A stretch of DNA of 64,000 nucleotides, taken from Endomicrobiales bacterium. GTDB taxonomy: Bacteria > Elusimicrobiota > Endomicrobiia > Endomicrobiales > JAFGGC01. The stretch covers positions 31,224-95,223 of the forward strand of contig JAFGGC010000003.1 in NCBI GenBank assembly GCA_016930715.1. The letters are read 5' to 3'. A program made the translations under genes and the position numbers. Below are positions 63,236-64,000 of the stretch, piece by piece. Numbering within the stretch: the first letter of the stretch is position 1; each line of letters starts with the position of its first letter. A model generated the notes under the pieces. The model saw nothing but the letters and a program-made list of their open reading frames with translations, searched no databases and was not told where the DNA came from.

Positions 63236-63925
63236 ATGAAAGTCTCCATAGTGATGCCGGTTTACAACGAAGAAAAGATGATACTGGCCGCGATAGACGA
63301 GGTCAAGAATGCGCCGTTCCCCGAGGACAAGGAAATAATAGTGGTGGACGACGGCTCGACCGACGGCACGGCCGAGAAGCTCCGCGCTATTTCGGACCCG
63401 AAGGTGGTCGTCCTCAACCAGCCGAAGAACAGGGGCAAGGGCGCCGCCCTCCGCGCCGGCTTCGGGAAGGCGACCGGCGGGATAATACTCGTGCAGGACG
63501 CCGACCTCGAATACTCCCCCAAGAACTACCCGGAGCTCCTCGCTCCCATACTCGAAGGCAAGGCCGACGTCGTGTTCGGCACGAGGTTTTTGGGCGGCGG
63601 GCCGCACAGGGTGCACCTCTTCTGGCACTACATGACAAACAAGTTCCTCACCACGCTCTCGAACGTATTCACCAACGTCAACCTCACCGATATGGAAGTC
63701 GGCTCGAAGGTCTTTAGGGCGGAAATAATAAGAAAGATAAAGCTCGAGCAGAACCGCTTCGGCTTCGAGCCGGAGGTGACGGCGAAAGTGGCGAAGCTCA
63801 AGTGCAGGATATACGAGGTGCCCGTGTCGTACTTCGGCAGGAGCTACGAGGAAGGCAAGAAAATCGGCTGGAAGGACGGCGTCTCCGCCCTCTGGTGCAT
63901 CTTCCGTTACGGAATCCTTGGGTAA
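63236..63925 (+). CDS. Family-2 glycosyltransferase (polyprenol-phosphate sugar transferase-like)
   Basis: VSIVMPVYNEE...IIVVDDGSTDGT...NRGKGAALRAG...VQDADLEY. Confidence 0.85.
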   Translation: MKVSIVMPVYNEEKMILAAIDEVKNAPFPEDKEIIVVDDGSTDGTAEKLRAISDPKVVVLNQPKNRGKGAALRAGFGKATGGIILVQDADLEYSPKNYPELLAPILEGKADVVFGTRFLGGGPHRVHLFWHYMTNKFLTTLSNVFTNVNLTDMEVGSKVFRAEIIRKIKLEQNRFGFEPEVTAKVAKLKCRIYEVPVSYFGRSYEEGKKIGWKDGVSALWCIFRYGILG

Positions 63926-63926
63926 A

Positions 63927-64000
63927 GCAAACGACAATTTCGAATCTCGAATTTCGAAAGAAACACAGAACAACAACTTGCAGCAAACGACAATTTCGAA
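63927..64000. repeat. Family C array, truncated by the window end
   Basis: GCAAACGACAATTTCGAATCTCGAATTTCGAAAG...GCAAACGACAATTTCGAA. Confidence 0.8.

Overview
This 64-kb window comes from a diderm bacterium with compact, mostly minus-strand core operons. The lineage cannot be assigned from sequence alone; the giant gene and repeat-rich spacers would fit an uncultivated Omnitrophota- or PVC-like group, but that is inference.

(1) Positions 1-12335 look empty in the supplied ORF track, but one minus-strand frame stays open across the whole stretch. This is a giant gene with at least 4,111 codons visible, and its 3' end runs off the window edge, which is why the track omits it. My hand translation shows these elements in order:
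- an N-terminal signal or anchor
- a TIKI/ChaN-like region
- transmembrane (TM) hairpins
- an HD domain
- two protein-kinase-like domains
- a CheD-like Cys motif
- a PPP-type metallophosphatase
- an arginase/UPF0489-like region
- a duplicated Trp-rich module followed by a TM cluster

An unusual HExxH-peptidase + PD40 + Omp85-barrel outer-membrane protein is encoded directly upstream.

(2) Positions 15.3-53.1 kb hold conserved housekeeping clusters:
- rpsA-ispH-(cmk::plsC fusion)-aroA-tyrA-aroF-hisC-pheA
- pgeF, pilT
- ftsZ-ftsA-ftsQ-ddl-[inserted nucleotidyltransferase (NTase) cassette]-murB-murC
- queF
- glyS-glyQ-recO-corC x2-ybeY-pgpH-phoH
- a LysM protein, aspS, dtxR-like, feoB, nudix, ndk, pckG

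(3) Positions 53.1-63.2 kb form a mosaic accessory region with no integrase. It contains:
- a roughly 900-bp non-coding hub with a candidate sRNA and a 163-bp palindrome
- an AT-rich four-gene module of HEPN/DUF4145 proteins plus membrane proteins, one of them SieB-like
- an MNT-HEPN pair
- a wHTH-NTase-receiver operon and a second orphan receiver
- a frameshifted NTase gene
- an orphan wHTH gene

(4) At least four families of short intergenic inverted or tandem repeats, plus gene-specific heptamer tiles, occupy almost every spacer between genes.

All functional calls rest on motifs I read directly and on recall of family signatures. No database search was run.
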